Of a stretch of 64,000 nt of DNA, positions 9,617-28,055 are shown one piece after another. Location of the stretch: the NCBI GenBank assembly GCA_965197645.1, contig OZ240219.1:1120001-1184000 (forward strand). Reading direction: 5' to 3'. The first letter of the stretch is position 1; each line of letters opens with the position of its first letter. The DNA comes from Dehalococcoidia bacterium. GTDB taxonomy: Bacteria; Chloroflexota; Dehalococcoidia; Plut-88900. Made by a program: the position numbers and the translations under genes. The notes below the pieces were generated by a model. That model made no database searches and was not told the origin of the DNA. It saw only the letters and a list, made by a program, of their open reading frames with translations.

Positions 9617-10543
9617 CTACTTTACGCCGATGGGCACCAGCGAAGGCCGCCTTACCCTCGCCGTGATGTACCGGACCGCCGCCGTGTATTCTTCGACAGG
9701 CTTGAAGCCCTTGGATTCCAGGACGTTGCCCAGGGGCGCCTGGTAATCGGACGCCAGGCAGTAGACCTGGGAGGCCCCGCAGATGGCGAGGCCAGCCTCT
9801 ACCAGGCGGTCTTCGATGCCGAGCTCCGGTCTGGCCACGATCTGCAGAAAGGAGCTGCGCCGGTCTCCGGAAGCTCGCAGCCAGCCCGCCAACGTGCCGT
9901 TGTGACGGTAGACGTACTCGCGGCTGTGCTGGCCGGTCCAGGAGCGATGGACGTCACCCCAATCGTCCAGGGTCTCGCCCTCCGCCTCTCGCACGCGAGG
10001 AGGATAAACGGCGTTGAAGAGTTGAAACACGCCGAATTCATCGGCCGGGGACTTGATATCCAGACCCAGCAAAGAGGGGTCGACGCTACTTCTCAGGCTC
10101 CAGTGCGGGTTCTCGTGGGCATATAGGAGCTCCCGGCCGTAGAAGGAGAAGCCGATGGACCGGAGTTCAGATGTGTAGGAGCAGTTGGTGGACAGACGGA
10201 GGAAGATCTTATCTACGCCCATCTGTCCTGCGCCTAGGGCCAGGCCGTGAACGACGTTCATCTCCTCCTGAAAGGAATCGGGCAGGAAGGCCAGCTGATC
10301 GATCTCCCAGGCGGAAGCGCCTCGGCGGCTATGGGCCGAAACCAGCCCTGTTATCTGCAACCTTTGGGAGGCTATCCATGTGTGGCGCTCGCTGGAAGCG
10401 CTGAGCCAGTGGACGGGTAGAAGTTCCTTGATGGACAGGTTTGGACTGCCTACTCTGTTCCGAGGCTTAGCGTGGTTAGGGAGCTTCCTCAACTCGGAGA
10501 AGGGGAGCTTGAGCAGATCCGTGGACGAAAGGGACCTTATCAT
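9617..10543 (-). CDS. Hypothetical protein, possible tandem GNAT-like fold
   Basis: 308 aa, coupled to pdxT by an ATGA overlap. Two xGF endings (LRSIGF, LESKGF) recall GNAT motif B; the fold is inferred. Confidence 0.6.
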   Translation of the reverse strand: MIRSLSSTDLLKLPFSELRKLPNHAKPRNRVGSPNLSIKELLPVHWLSASSERHTWIASQRLQITGLVSAHSRRGASAWEIDQLAFLPDSFQEEMNVVHGLALGAGQMGVDKIFLRLSTNCSYTSELRSIGFSFYGRELLYAHENPHWSLRSSVDPSLLGLDIKSPADEFGVFQLFNAVYPPRVREAEGETLDDWGDVHRSWTGQHSREYVYRHNGTLAGWLRASGDRRSSFLQIVARPELGIEDRLVEAGLAICGASQVYCLASDYQAPLGNVLESKGFKPVEEYTAAVRYITARVRRPSLVPIGVK

Positions 10544-11124
10544 CCGCCGTTCATACCTGCCAGTTCCAAAAAGTACCTGTGAAACCGGGGATCGTTGGTG
10601 AGCTCCGGGTGGAAGGAGGTGACCATGACCTTGTCCTGGCGGGCGGCCACGGCGCTGCTGTCAGAAAGCTCGGCGATCACGTCCACGGCGGGGCCCACAC
10701 GCTCTATGACAGGGGCTCGGATGAAGACCGCACGAAAGGGTTCACTACCGAGGGTCGATACGGAGAGGTCTGTTTCGAAGCTATCGATCTGGCGTCCGTA
10801 GCCGTTCCTGCGAACGTCCACGTCTATTAGCTTCATCGGCTCGAGCCAGTCTTCGATCACCGTCTGGGCCACTACTATCAGGCCTGCGCAGGTGCCCCAA
10901 ACGGGCAGCCCGGCTCTACCAAGCTTCTTGATGGCCTCGCTGAGGCCGTAGAGGTCCATCAGCTTGGTAATGGTGGTGCTCTCGCCGCCCGGAATGATCA
11001 GGCCGTCCAGCCGCTCCAACTGCTCGGGGAGACGGACCTCCACCGGCTCCACCCCCAGACCCGCCAGCATCTGGGTGTGCTCGGCAAAATCGCCCTGGAT
11101 AGCCAGAACGCCGATTTTGCTCAT
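10540..11124 (-). CDS. pdxT: Pyridoxal 5'-phosphate synthase glutaminase subunit
   Basis: GVLAIQGDF, PGGESTT, GTCAG, FIRAP and FHPEL motifs. Confidence 0.97.
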   Translation of the reverse strand: MSKIGVLAIQGDFAEHTQMLAGLGVEPVEVRLPEQLERLDGLIIPGGESTTITKLMDLYGLSEAIKKLGRAGLPVWGTCAGLIVVAQTVIEDWLEPMKLIDVDVRRNGYGRQIDSFETDLSVSTLGSEPFRAVFIRAPVIERVGPAVDVIAELSDSSAVAARQDKVMVTSFHPELTNDPRFHRYFLELAGMNGG

Positions 11125-11145
11125 AGGAATAAGGCGACTCTCCCT

Positions 11146-12027
11146 TTATGTACCTCTTACCGCGAGCAGCTCTTCTTCGGGTATAGCCTTGACGGATATT
11201 CCCCTCATCGGGTCGCCCAGGCCTTCGGATACCCTGGCTATGATATCGGGGTTTCGGAAGTGGGTGGTGGCCTCTACGATGGCCTTGGCCATTACCGGCG
11301 GATTCCCCGACTTGAAGATGCCCGAGCCCACAAATACGCCTTCCGCTCCCAGCTGCATTACCAGGGCCGCATCGGACGGGGTGGCCACGCCACCGGCACA
11401 GAAATTGACCACCGGCAGCTTGCCCGTTTCGTGGACCTCCCTGATTATCTCGAAAGGAGCGCCCAGGTTCTTGGCCTCGGTCATCAGCTGCTCTTCACCC
11501 AAGGCCTGGATCCGTTTCATTCCGTCCTGTACGGACCTGATGTGCTTCACAGCCTCGACGATGTCACCGGTCCCGGCCTCGCCCTTGGTCCTTATCATGG
11601 CGGCGCCTTCGCCAATGCGGCGCAGAGCTTCACCCAGGTCGCGGCAGCCGCATACGAAGGGCACCTTGAAATCGTACTTCCACACGTGGTGAACTTCGTC
11701 GGCGGGGGTCAGCACCTCCGACTCATCGATGTAGTCGACTCCCAGGGCTTGGAGCACCTGGGCCTCGACGAAGTGACCGATGCGGCACTTGGCCATAACT
11801 GGGATGGTGACCGCTCTGATAATCTCGTTGATCTTTTGAGGATCTGACATGCGAGCGACGCCGCCGGCAGCCCGAATGTCGGCGGGCACCCGCTCCAGGG
11901 CCATCACCGCCACGGCGCCGGCGTCCTCGGCTATCTTGGCGTGCTCGGCGGTCACGACGTCCATGATGACGCCGCCCTTGAGCATCTGGGCCAGTCCCCT
12001 CTTTTCAGTCCACGTGCTCTTTTCCAT
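11146..12027 (-). CDS. pdxS: Pyridoxal 5'-phosphate synthase lyase subunit
   Basis: [20 protein letters not shown] and [11 protein letters not shown] motifs. Confidence 0.98.
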   Translation of the reverse strand: MEKSTWTEKRGLAQMLKGGVIMDVVTAEHAKIAEDAGAVAVMALERVPADIRAAGGVARMSDPQKINEIIRAVTIPVMAKCRIGHFVEAQVLQALGVDYIDESEVLTPADEVHHVWKYDFKVPFVCGCRDLGEALRRIGEGAAMIRTKGEAGTGDIVEAVKHIRSVQDGMKRIQALGEEQLMTEAKNLGAPFEIIREVHETGKLPVVNFCAGGVATPSDAALVMQLGAEGVFVGSGIFKSGNPPVMAKAIVEATTHFRNPDIIARVSEGLGDPMRGISVKAIPEEELLAVRGT

Positions 12028-12155
12028 TCCGCTTCCTCCTGGTCTAATCGGGTAAGAAAGGGGACAGACTAGTTGCGGGTCCCCGGAGATTTCTCATGCT
12101 ATATATTAACATATCGTTCCCACTCGACCGGACAGTAGGTCTGGACCTGGTTCTG

Positions 12156-13100
12156 TCAAGCTCCTCGGGCCGCGCCCACCAGTTGAGACAGGGTACCGAT
12201 GGACTGAGAACTCATGTAATCCCTGATGCCATCCAGCACATCCAGGCAAGCTCTGGGATTGAGGAAGTTGGCCGTGCCCACCTGTACGGCCGAGGCGCCG
12301 GCCATGATGAACGCCAGGGCGTCCCCGGCATCGGAGATGCCTCCCATTCCAACTACCGGAACACTCACGGCGCCGGACACCTTGTAGACCATGGACAGGG
12401 CCATCGGTTTGATGGCCGGCCCGGAAAGACCGCCCATGACCGTGCTCAACGTGGGTCTTCGCTTGGCCAGGTCCATGGACATTCCGACGAAGGTGTTGAC
12501 CAGCGATATGGCATCGGCGCCGGCGTCCTCTACCACGCGAGCGATCTCTACGATGTCCGTGACGTTGGGGGTGAGCTTGACGACCAACGGGAGATCGGTG
12601 GCTGCTCTCATCGCTCCGGTTACCTCGGCAGCGGTCTCCGGGTGGATTCCGAACTCCATGCCTCCCCGTTCCACGTTGGGGCAGCCGATGTTGGCCTCGA
12701 AACCGCTGATTCCATCCACGCCGTCCAGTATCCGGACTATCTCTCCGTACTCGTCTACTGTATCGCCGGCGACGTTGACGATGACCCTGGTTTTCCAGGT
12801 AGCCCATATGGGCGCCAGGTCTCGTTTGACCGCCTCGGGACCGATGTTCTGGAGGCCGATGGTGTTGAGCAGACCGGAGGTGGTCTCGGCCAGCCGCGGC
12901 TGGGGGTTGCCGTCCCGAGGGTTGCGTGTTATCCCTTTCGACACCAGACCGCCAAACTGGTCAAGATCGATCGCGCCGGCCAACTCGGTGCCGTACCCCA
13001 CCGTCCCTGACGCCCCGATGACGGGGTTTCTCAGGGCTAGCCCGTGGTTGTTGGCCGGGGCCAACTCTACCGAGAGATCTGGAACGACCGTAGTTGCCAT
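12156..13100 (-). CDS. pyrD: Dihydroorotate dehydrogenase, family 1 (1B-like) catalytic subunit
   Basis: NPVIGASGT, LNTIGLQNIG, NIGCPN, VKLTPNV and GGLSGPAIKP motifs. Confidence 0.95.
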   Translation of the reverse strand: MATTVVPDLSVELAPANNHGLALRNPVIGASGTVGYGTELAGAIDLDQFGGLVSKGITRNPRDGNPQPRLAETTSGLLNTIGLQNIGPEAVKRDLAPIWATWKTRVIVNVAGDTVDEYGEIVRILDGVDGISGFEANIGCPNVERGGMEFGIHPETAAEVTGAMRAATDLPLVVKLTPNVTDIVEIARVVEDAGADAISLVNTFVGMSMDLAKRRPTLSTVMGGLSGPAIKPMALSMVYKVSGAVSVPVVGMGGISDAGDALAFIMAGASAVQVGTANFLNPRACLDVLDGIRDYMSSQSIGTLSQLVGAARGA

Positions 13101-13110
13101 CTTGGCTTGA

Positions 13111-17400
<4,290 letters not shown>

Positions 17401-17489
17401 GCGTTGCAGTTCCCCTTTTTCCGGTTCAGATTCTTGTTAGGATCCTTATAAGGCTGGGCCAGTTCAGATGCCGGTTACTCGTTGGGTGC

Positions 17490-20400
17490 CTAGGAATCGG
17501 CTAGCTTGTCCAGCGACAGGTCTACCTCGATACCCAAGGAGACGCCTTCCAGGGTGGGGGTATCGCCCTCTATCTGCTCCGGAGCTTCCTCCTCCAGCCC
17601 CTCTTCTTCCTCCACCTCTTCGTTCAACAGCTCCACGGATAGACCAAGGCTCTGCAGCTCTTTCTGCAGCACCCGGAAGGACTCGGGGACTCCGGGCTGG
17701 AAGACGTTTTCACCTTTGACGATGGACTCATAGGTCTTGACGCGTCCGGCCACGTCGTCGGACTTCACGGTCAGCATCTCCTGCAGGTTGTGTGCGGCGC
17801 TGTAGGCCTCCAGCGCCCAGACCTCCATCTCGCCGAAGCGCTGTCCTCCAAACTGGGCCTTGCCTCCCAGGGGCTGCTGGGTTATGAGGGAGTAGGGGCC
17901 TGTGGACCTGGCATGGATCTTGTCCTCTACCAGGTGTACCAGCTTCATCATGTAGATGGGGCCGACGGTTATCGGCTGATTGAAGGACTCACCGGAGCGG
18001 CCGTCTCTGAGGGTGGTCTTGCCGAAGAACGGTGGGGCCACGTCCTTATCGAGAACCACCTCTCTCAACAGCTTCTCCAAGTCTCCGTTACTTTCTGCCT
18101 GTTTGGCTTCGGCGCCCACTCCCGTCTCTTCCAGCCAGAGGCGAAGGCAGGCTTCCCGGGCAACGCCGGGATGCTCATCGCTCATCACCTTCTCGCCGTC
18201 GAAGCCCTGCTCTGCAAGCCAGTCGACGATCTTTCCCTGCTCCTGAATACGGTCCTCATTATCCAGGGAGTAGTTGAACACACCGGCTTTCTGGGCCAGC
18301 CAGACGCGGGAGAGGGAGTCTTCTATGGTCGTATCGGTGGCTCCATCGAAGACGGGCGAGGTCACCTTGAACCCGAGGGTCTGGGCCGCCAGGCCCAGAT
18401 GGGTCTCCAGTATCTGCCCCAGGTTCATTCGAGAGGGCACGCCGATGGGATTGAGGACGATGTCGACGGGGGTCCCGTCGGGTAGGAAGGGCATATCCTC
18501 CTCGGGGAGGATGACGGCTATGACGCCCTTGTTACCGTGGCGCCCGGCCATCTTATCGCCCTCGGCTATCTTGCGGGTCTGGGCTACCCATACCCTGACC
18601 ATCTGGTTGACGCCTGGGGAGAGCTCGTCCTTGTCCGCCCTGGACAGCACCTTGACGTCGATGACCTTGCCCTGCTCCCCGTGGGGCACCCGGAGGCAGG
18701 TGTCCTTTACCTCCCGGGCCTTCTCGCCGAAGATGGCCCTGAGAAGCTTCTCCTCGGCGGTAAGCTCGGTCTCCCCCTTCGGCGTGATCTTGCCGACCAG
18801 GATGTCTCCCGGTCCGACCTCTGCGCCGATACGGATGATCCCGTACTCGTCAAGGTCCTTGAGACTCTCTTCACCCACGTTGGGGATGTCCCGGGTGATC
18901 TCCTCGGCTCCCAGCTTAGTGTCCCGGGCCTCGACCTCGTGCTTTTCGATGTGGATGGAGGTGAACTTGTCCTCCTTGACCACCCGCTCGCTGATTACCA
19001 CTGCGTCCTCGTAGTTGTAGCCTTCCCAGCTCATGAAGGCGCAGAGCACGTTCTGGCCCAGGGCCAGCTCTCCCTGATCGGTGGAGGAGCTATCGGCCAG
19101 GACCTGGCCCGGCTTGACCCGTTCGCCCTTCTGAACGATGGGCCTCTGGTTTATGCAGGTGCCTTGATTGCTTCGGACGAACTTGAGCAGGGGGTAGACG
19201 TGTTCCTTGCCATTGCTTTCGGCTAAGGTAATCTCTTCGGCGGAGACGGCCACTACCTCGCCCTCCACCTGGGATAGGCACACCTGGCCGCTGTCCTTGG
19301 CGACGTATGACTCCATGCCGGTGCCGATGAGAGGGGCTTCCGCCCTCAGCAGCGGCACGGCCTGGCGCTGCATGTTGGAGCCCATCAGGGCCCTGTTGGC
19401 GTCGTCGTGCTCGAGGAATGGGATCAGCGAGGTGGAGACGCTGACGATCTGCTTGGGGGAGACGTCCATGAAGTCGATGTTCTCCGGGTCCTCGACCCGC
19501 AGGGTCTCGCCCAGCCTGACCTCCACCTTGTCCGAGATGAAGTGGTTCTGATCGTCCAGGCGGGAGTTGGCCTGGGCTATGGTGTAGGTCTCCTCTTCAT
19601 CCGCTGCCAGGTAGACGATCTCATCGGACACGTAGGGCTGGACCGTGATCTCGGTATCGGGCAGCTTGGCGAGCCGCTTGAAAATCGGCTTGTCGATCAC
19701 CTGGTCCGCTTCGCCGATGGGCTTCCTTCTGCCCATCTGCACGGGTTCCACGAGCTTCTTGCCGATCAGAGCGTCACTCTTGTTGGGGATCTCGCGGATG
19801 ACACGCCGGTAGGGTGTCTCGATGAAGCCGTACTCGTTGATTATGGAATAGGTGGCCAGCGATCCCAGCAGGCCGATGTTGGGTCCTTCGGGAGTCTCGA
19901 TGGGGCAGATGCGCCCGTAGTGGGAGTGGTGGACGTCCCGAACGTCGAAGCCCGCCCGCTCTCTGGACAGGCCTCCCGGCCCGAGGGCGGAAAGGCGCCG
20001 CTTGTGGGTCAGCTCGGCCAGAGGGTTGGTCTGGTCCATGAACTGGGAGAGCTGGGACCCTCCGAAGAACTCCTTGATGGAGGCGACGATGGGTCGGATG
20101 TTGACCAGTCCGCTGGGTACGGCCGTCTCCGGCTCGGTCAGGGTCATCCGCTCGCGGACCACCCGCTCCATTCGTAGTAGTCCGATGCGGAACTGGTTCT
20201 GCATCAGCTCTCCCACGCCCTTTACCCGGCGGTTACCCAGGTGGTCTATGTCATCGACCCCGTCTTCGCCCTTGTTTACCTGGATTACGCCGCGGACAAT
20301 GCCCAGCAGGTCCTCGTTGTTCAACGCGCGATTTCCGAACACCTCGAACAGCCGGTCGGCCTTGGCGTTGGGCAACACCTTGCGCAGTGCGTTGAGGGTT

Positions 20401-21344
20401 GGGTCTCCCCGCACTATGGGCAAGGCTGCCTGTACCTGCTCTGGCGTGAGACCGGCGGCCCGCATGATCTCATGGCTGAGCCGCTTGTTCACCTTGTACC
20501 GGCCCACCCTGCCCAGATCGTACCGGCGGGGGTTGAAGAACAGGGCCGTCAGAAGGGACTCGGCGTTCTCCGCGGTGGGCGGCTCGCCGGGACGCAACCG
20601 GCGATACAGCTCTATCAGCGCCTCCTCACGGGTCTCGATGTTGCCGTCCTTTTCGATGGTGGAGGTGATGTAGGATACGTCGTCGGTGGGGTCTATGTCG
20701 CTGAAGAGCCTCAACAGCTCCTCGGTGCTGCTGTAGCCTATGCAGCGCAGCAGGGTGGTTACCGGAATCTTTCGTTTCCGGTCGACCTTCACCGAGATAA
20801 TGTTCTTGTTGCTGGTCTCGAACTCCAGCCAGGCGCCGCGGTTGGGAATCAGCTTGGCGAAACAGAGTGCCCGTCCGCTGGCGGGGTCCGACTCCCGGGT
20901 GAAGTAGACCCCCGGCGAACGGACCAGCTGGCTTACTACCACCCTTTCGGCGCCGTTGATGATGAAGGTGCCCTGGGCGGTCATCAGGGGAATATCGCCC
21001 ATGAAGAGGTCCTGCTCCTTTATCTCGCCGGTCTGCTTGATTACAAGCCTGACCTTGACGTATAGGGGAGAGGCGAAGGTCATGTCCCGTGCCCGGGACT
21101 CGGCCTCCGAGTACTTGGGCTCGTGGAAATTGAAGTCCTCGAAGTGGAGCTCGAAACGGCCGCCAGCGAAATCGGTTATGGGGGAGACCTCTCGAAACAG
21201 CTCTGCGAGGCCTTCCCGCTTGAACCAATCGTAGGAGTCCAACTGTATACGGATCAAGCTAGGTACTTCAAGTACCTCCGGTAGCCTGGCGAAGGACTTA
21301 CGATCTTGAAGAGATAGTTCGGGTAGGGGCAGGGTGGAAACCAT
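17490..21344 (-). CDS. rpoB: DNA-directed RNA polymerase beta subunit
   Basis: [38 protein letters not shown] and [16 protein letters not shown] motifs. Confidence 0.99.
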   Translation of the reverse strand: MVSTLPLPELSLQDRKSFARLPEVLEVPSLIRIQLDSYDWFKREGLAELFREVSPITDFAGGRFELHFEDFNFHEPKYSEAESRARDMTFASPLYVKVRLVIKQTGEIKEQDLFMGDIPLMTAQGTFIINGAERVVVSQLVRSPGVYFTRESDPASGRALCFAKLIPNRGAWLEFETSNKNIISVKVDRKRKIPVTTLLRCIGYSSTEELLRLFSDIDPTDDVSYITSTIEKDGNIETREEALIELYRRLRPGEPPTAENAESLLTALFFNPRRYDLGRVGRYKVNKRLSHEIMRAAGLTPEQVQAALPIVRGDPTLNALRKVLPNAKADRLFEVFGNRALNNEDLLGIVRGVIQVNKGEDGVDDIDHLGNRRVKGVGELMQNQFRIGLLRMERVVRERMTLTEPETAVPSGLVNIRPIVASIKEFFGGSQLSQFMDQTNPLAELTHKRRLSALGPGGLSRERAGFDVRDVHHSHYGRICPIETPEGPNIGLLGSLATYSIINEYGFIETPYRRVIREIPNKSDALIGKKLVEPVQMGRRKPIGEADQVIDKPIFKRLAKLPDTEITVQPYVSDEIVYLAADEEETYTIAQANSRLDDQNHFISDKVEVRLGETLRVEDPENIDFMDVSPKQIVSVSTSLIPFLEHDDANRALMGSNMQRQAVPLLRAEAPLIGTGMESYVAKDSGQVCLSQVEGEVVAVSAEEITLAESNGKEHVYPLLKFVRSNQGTCINQRPIVQKGERVKPGQVLADSSSTDQGELALGQNVLCAFMSWEGYNYEDAVVISERVVKEDKFTSIHIEKHEVEARDTKLGAEEITRDIPNVGEESLKDLDEYGIIRIGAEVGPGDILVGKITPKGETELTAEEKLLRAIFGEKAREVKDTCLRVPHGEQGKVIDVKVLSRADKDELSPGVNQMVRVWVAQTRKIAEGDKMAGRHGNKGVIAVILPEEDMPFLPDGTPVDIVLNPIGVPSRMNLGQILETHLGLAAQTLGFKVTSPVFDGATDTTIEDSLSRVWLAQKAGVFNYSLDNEDRIQEQGKIVDWLAEQGFDGEKVMSDEHPGVAREACLRLWLEETGVGAEAKQAESNGDLEKLLREVVLDKDVAPPFFGKTTLRDGRSGESFNQPITVGPIYMMKLVHLVEDKIHARSTGPYSLITQQPLGGKAQFGGQRFGEMEVWALEAYSAAHNLQEMLTVKSDDVAGRVKTYESIVKGENVFQPGVPESFRVLQKELQSLGLSVELLNEEVEEEEGLEEEAPEQIEGDTPTLEGVSLGIEVDLSLDKLADS

Positions 21345-21475
21345 GCTGGGGCGATCCTCCTAAAAAGGAATACAAAAGCCGGAATGCAGGCAAATATCTA
21401 TAATGCCTTAGGTAGCTGAGGAAGTGCCGATGACTGGGGGCGCGACGTGCAACAGCATCATGCGTTCAAACGAAG

Positions 21476-21504
21476 ATTCTAACACTACCATAATATGCTG
21501 TCAA
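21476..21504 (-). promoter_or_regulatory. Sigma70 promoter for rpoBC
   Basis: Minus strand TTGACA-17nt-TAGAAT with a TG extension. Confidence 0.75.
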
Positions 21505-21635
21505 CCTTTTTCGCACCAATTTCGTGAAATCCGTCCATTGTGCTTAGCTAGCTCGCAAGGGGGAGGCATGATGCAGCGTCGTTGCCCGTGCAAACGACCC
21601 TCTGCTAGAATTTCCAGCGCATACCGGTGCAGGCC

Positions 21636-22475
21636 ATGATCATCGATTTTCACACCCACATCTTTCCTCCTAACGTTCGGGACAACCGGGAGCGCTACCT
21701 GGCCACCGATAGCACCTTCGCCCATCTCTACTCCAATCCCAAGGCCCGCCTCATGACGGCGGAGGATCTGGTCGAGAGCATGGATGCCAACGGCATCGAC
21801 GTGGCGGTGACTCTGGGCATGGGCTGGAACGTGCACGAGTACTGCGTAGAGGCCAACGACTACATCCTCGAGTCGGCAGCTAAGTTCCCTGGCCGGCTGG
21901 TGCCCTTCTGCTGCGTCAACCCAACCCTCGGCATAAGGGCGGCGGAGGAGGTGGAGCGGTGCGCCGCCAAGGGGGTCAGGGGAATCGGCGAGGTACACTC
22001 CTACGCTCAGGGCTTCAAGCTGAACGACGTCGAGGTCATGGGACCCGTCATGAAGGTGGCGCAGCAACACGATCTGATCGTGCTGACCCATTCATCGGAG
22101 CCGGTGGGCCACGTGTACGCCGGCAAGGGCACCGTCACACCCGACGAGCTGTGCGGCTTCATCGAGAGCTTTCCCAAGGCTCGGATAGTCTGTGCCCACT
22201 GGGGAGGAGGACTCCCCTTCTACTCGCTGATGCCGGAGGTTAAGGAAGCGCTGGCCAACGTCTATTTCGATACGGCGGCATCTCCATTACTCTACTCCCC
22301 CGATGTGTTTCCCACCGTCGCCCAAGCGGTGGGTGCGGAGAAGATACTCTTCGGTACCGATTTTCCCATCATAAGCCACCGTCGACTGTTGAAACAGGTG
22401 GAGGAGCTGGGCTGGGAGGAATCCGCCAAGGCCAGGGTCCTTGGCGACAATGCCAGGGCGCTCCTCGCCCTGTGA
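21636..22475 (+). CDS. Metal-dependent amidohydrolase (Amidohydro_2 family)
   Basis: IIDFHTH, GIGE, THSS, CAHWGGG and LFGTDFP motifs; TGcTAGAAT upstream. Confidence 0.88.
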   Translation: MIIDFHTHIFPPNVRDNRERYLATDSTFAHLYSNPKARLMTAEDLVESMDANGIDVAVTLGMGWNVHEYCVEANDYILESAAKFPGRLVPFCCVNPTLGIRAAEEVERCAAKGVRGIGEVHSYAQGFKLNDVEVMGPVMKVAQQHDLIVLTHSSEPVGHVYAGKGTVTPDELCGFIESFPKARIVCAHWGGGLPFYSLMPEVKEALANVYFDTAASPLLYSPDVFPTVAQAVGAEKILFGTDFPIISHRRLLKQVEELGWEESAKARVLGDNARALLAL

Positions 22476-22591
22476 CGCTCGGCGCAACGCCTCGTATAGA
22501 ATTGACGCTCCGGCACGACAATACTAAACTCGCGTCACCCCCCCCATCCATCCTCGCCGATAGCTTCATAACCTACTTTGGAGGTCAGCCA

Positions 22592-23275
22592 GTGCCTGAT
22601 GCCACATCTCGAGGGTTGCTAGGACTCAACAAGAACGACATTCTCTATAGCCAGGGCAGAACGATGGTCCAGGAAGAGGTGATCCCTCCCAAGGACAGCC
22701 GGGCGGTGGAGATGAAAAAGGGTCAGTTTCTCCGGCTTATCGACGTTGAGGGTAAACAGGTCAGCGATATGGCCATGTTCAACGGGGAGAACCACAAAGA
22801 GAGGTACGCCGCCTACTGGACCAAGACCCGCAACCACCCCAAGAAGATACCCGGTCGGGTCACCGTGGGCGATGTGCTCTACTCGTCGTTGAGCAGACCC
22901 TTGATGACGATAACCCAGGATACCCCCGTGCCCGGAGGCATCCACGATCTCCACGCCGGCATGTGCAATCTTCTCGGCTACGAAAAGTTCGGATGGGAAC
23001 CACCGAAAGACGGAGGTTGCTGGGAGCTGCTGTCCAGGGCGGTGAAGCCCTACAATATCGCTCCCGAAGAGGTGCCCCAGCCCTTCAACCCCTTCATGAA
23101 CACCTACTTCGATGAAGAGGGCGAAATGGTCATCGATGAACCCGTCAGCCGTCCCGGCGACTTCATAGAGCTGCGGGCCGAAATGGACCTTATCGTGGCC
23201 ATGACCGTGTGCCCCTTCCACGGCCCCTGCAACGGTTGGGTCATCACCCCGCTCAAGTTCGAGATATGGGAGTAG
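22592..23275 (+). CDS. DUF1989 / urea carboxylase-associated family protein
   Basis: LIDVEGKQVSD, HDLHAGMC, GCWELL, FNPFMN and SRPGDFIELRAEMDLIVAMTVCP..CNG motifs. GTG start 7 nt after GGAGG. Confidence 0.85.
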   Translation: MPDATSRGLLGLNKNDILYSQGRTMVQEEVIPPKDSRAVEMKKGQFLRLIDVEGKQVSDMAMFNGENHKERYAAYWTKTRNHPKKIPGRVTVGDVLYSSLSRPLMTITQDTPVPGGIHDLHAGMCNLLGYEKFGWEPPKDGGCWELLSRAVKPYNIAPEEVPQPFNPFMNTYFDEEGEMVIDEPVSRPGDFIELRAEMDLIVAMTVCPFHGPCNGWVITPLKFEIWE

Positions 23276-23814
23276 CCTCGGATACCTCCAGCGATGGTAC
23301 CGAAGCTGAGACGCTACCGGACCTGCTCAGGCCGGGGTTGACCCTGGTCTTTGTCGGGATAAACCCCAGCACCTACTCGGTCGAGAGGGGTCACTACTAC
23401 GCCAGGCCTGGCAACCTGTTCTGGCGGGCTTTGCAGGAGTCCGGAATCGTCGACTGCCCAGTCGGCCCGGAGGACGACTCCCGCTTGCTCGAGCTGGGCA
23501 TAGGGTTCACCGACATGGTTAAACGACCTACCCGCAGCGCCGGCGAAGTCGCCCCGGACGAGTTTACATACGGGGCCGTCGATCTCCTGGACAAGCTGGA
23601 GAAGCATCGCCCCAGGGTCTTATGTTTCAATGGGCTGACGGGGTACAGGAGCGGCTTCGATATCAAAGCAAATCCCGGCGCACAGGCCGGACTGATCTGC
23701 GGTGCTCAGGTGTTCGTGCTTCCCTCCACCAGCCGCAGAAATGCCCATTACCAGTGGCCGGAGATACTCGGTCTGTTCCGGGAGCTTAAAGCCTTCGTGG
23801 AATCCGGCGGATGA
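23266..23814 (+). CDS. mug: G/U mismatch-specific DNA glycosylase
   Basis: LPDLLRPGLTLVFVGINP, GHYYARPGNLFW and LPSTS motifs. Start uncertain. Confidence 0.9.
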   Translation: MGVASDTSSDGTEAETLPDLLRPGLTLVFVGINPSTYSVERGHYYARPGNLFWRALQESGIVDCPVGPEDDSRLLELGIGFTDMVKRPTRSAGEVAPDEFTYGAVDLLDKLEKHRPRVLCFNGLTGYRSGFDIKANPGAQAGLICGAQVFVLPSTSRRNAHYQWPEILGLFRELKAFVESGG

Positions 23815-23815
23815 C

Positions 23816-24385
23816 ATGCTGCGCACCTTCGTAGCCATCGAGTTGCCGGGCCGGGTCCGGGAGGCGCTGGAGAGACACATACGCCGGCTCCGTCAGCAGC
23901 TTCCCGGTTCTTTCAGGTGGGTGAAGCCCGAATCGGTCCACTTGACGCTGAAGTTCCTGGGTGACATCGAGGAAGCGCAGGCGTCGGCCATAGCCGAAGC
24001 CTTGCGACGGTCCCTGGCAGGTCACCCGCAGTTCGACCTTCGCACGGGCAGGCTGGGCTGCTTCCCTAACGCCAAGAGGCCGCGGGTAGTGTGGATGGGC
24101 GTGGAAGGAGACCTGGACGCCCTCGCCGGTCTGCAGCTGAAGGTAGAAGAGGCCTGCACCGATCTGGGTTTCGAGAGGGAGAAACGCCGGTTCGTTCCCC
24201 ATCTCACCCTCGGCCGGGCATCGAGATCGGCGCCCGTGAGTCTGGATAAGGCCCCCGGGGAGTCGGAGCCGTTTACCGTGACCCGGATCAGCCTGATGAA
24301 GAGCGAGTTGACGCCCGGAGGAGCGGTCCACACCAGGCTGGACTCCTTCGAGCTGGTTCAGAACGCCCAGGAAATGGGGTCGTGA
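23816..24385 (+). CDS. thpR: RNA 2',3'-cyclic phosphodiesterase (2H family)
   Basis: RTFVAI and two HxT motifs (HLTLKFLG, PHLTLGR). Confidence 0.92.
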   Translation: MLRTFVAIELPGRVREALERHIRRLRQQLPGSFRWVKPESVHLTLKFLGDIEEAQASAIAEALRRSLAGHPQFDLRTGRLGCFPNAKRPRVVWMGVEGDLDALAGLQLKVEEACTDLGFEREKRRFVPHLTLGRASRSAPVSLDKAPGESEPFTVTRISLMKSELTPGGAVHTRLDSFELVQNAQEMGS

Positions 24386-24389
24386 GCCC

Positions 24390-24419
24390 TTGACACAGTA
24401 TCGGCCCAGTTAATATACT
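24390..24419 (+). promoter_or_regulatory. Sigma70 promoter driving the stand-alone 23S gene
   Basis: TTGACA-18nt-TATACT immediately after the thpR stop. Confidence 0.75.
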
Positions 24420-24553
24420 AGTTTGCGTTTTAAAGCCTTAGAAGACACAGAGGTCGCTTGTCTCACTTAGCACAACTGCATTGGTGAACTGAGGCCCAGA
24501 GATGATTACTCGTTGACGGCTTGAGTAACATCAAGCCGTTTGTTTTCTAGGGA

Positions 24554-24565
24554 GCACCTTAACAA
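24554..24565 (+). promoter_or_regulatory. BoxA-like rRNA antitermination element
   Basis: GCACCTTAACAA, resembling the GCTCTTTAACAA consensus, just before the processing stem. Confidence 0.5.
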
Positions 24566-24603
24566 CTGAATAGAGAAGAAGGTTCTGTCCGGTTCTTAAT
24601 GTA

Positions 24604-27680
<3,077 letters not shown>

Positions 27681-27791
27681 GCATTAAGATTCGTACAGAA
27701 CCCTTCTCTATTCAGCGTTCCCTGAGAAGGGCGCGTGTTAGGCCTTACCGGCGACGCGCTCTTTCGTTAGATAGTAGTAGGTAGTCCACGA

Positions 27792-27866
27792 CGCGGGGTG
27801 GAGCAGTGGCAGCTCGTCGGGCTCATAACCCGAAGGTCGGCGGTTCGAGTCCGCCCCCCGCTACCA
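27792..27866 (+). tRNA. Initiator tRNA-Met (CAT)
   Basis: Cloverleaf with CAT anticodon, C1:A72 mismatch, GGG/CCC anticodon stem and encoded CCA. Confidence 0.97.
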
Positions 27867-27875
27867 AGGCAGACC

Positions 27876-27917
27876 AAGGCCCCCGGGAGATCGTCTCTCC
27901 GGGGGCCTTTTCCTTTT
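27876..27917 (+). terminator. Intrinsic terminator after 23S-tRNAfMet
   Basis: AAGGCCCCCGGGAGA/TCTCTCCGGGGGCCTT hairpin followed by a T-rich tail. Confidence 0.85.
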
Positions 27918-28055
27918 GTGACAACAATGCGATGTTTGGTCACAATGGCCCTGCCAGGTTCGGGGCTGGCCCGATCCCCCCCCTGTGGTATGGTCGAAAG
28001 TGGTTGTTTCAGCATGCCGTTAGTGCTTCCAATCGCCAAACGCTATAATCCCCAC

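Noticed and set aside
27798-28055. N-terminal extension of the 303-aa methyltransferase ORF
   Set aside because: It runs through the tRNA and terminator; the real start is probably 28056.
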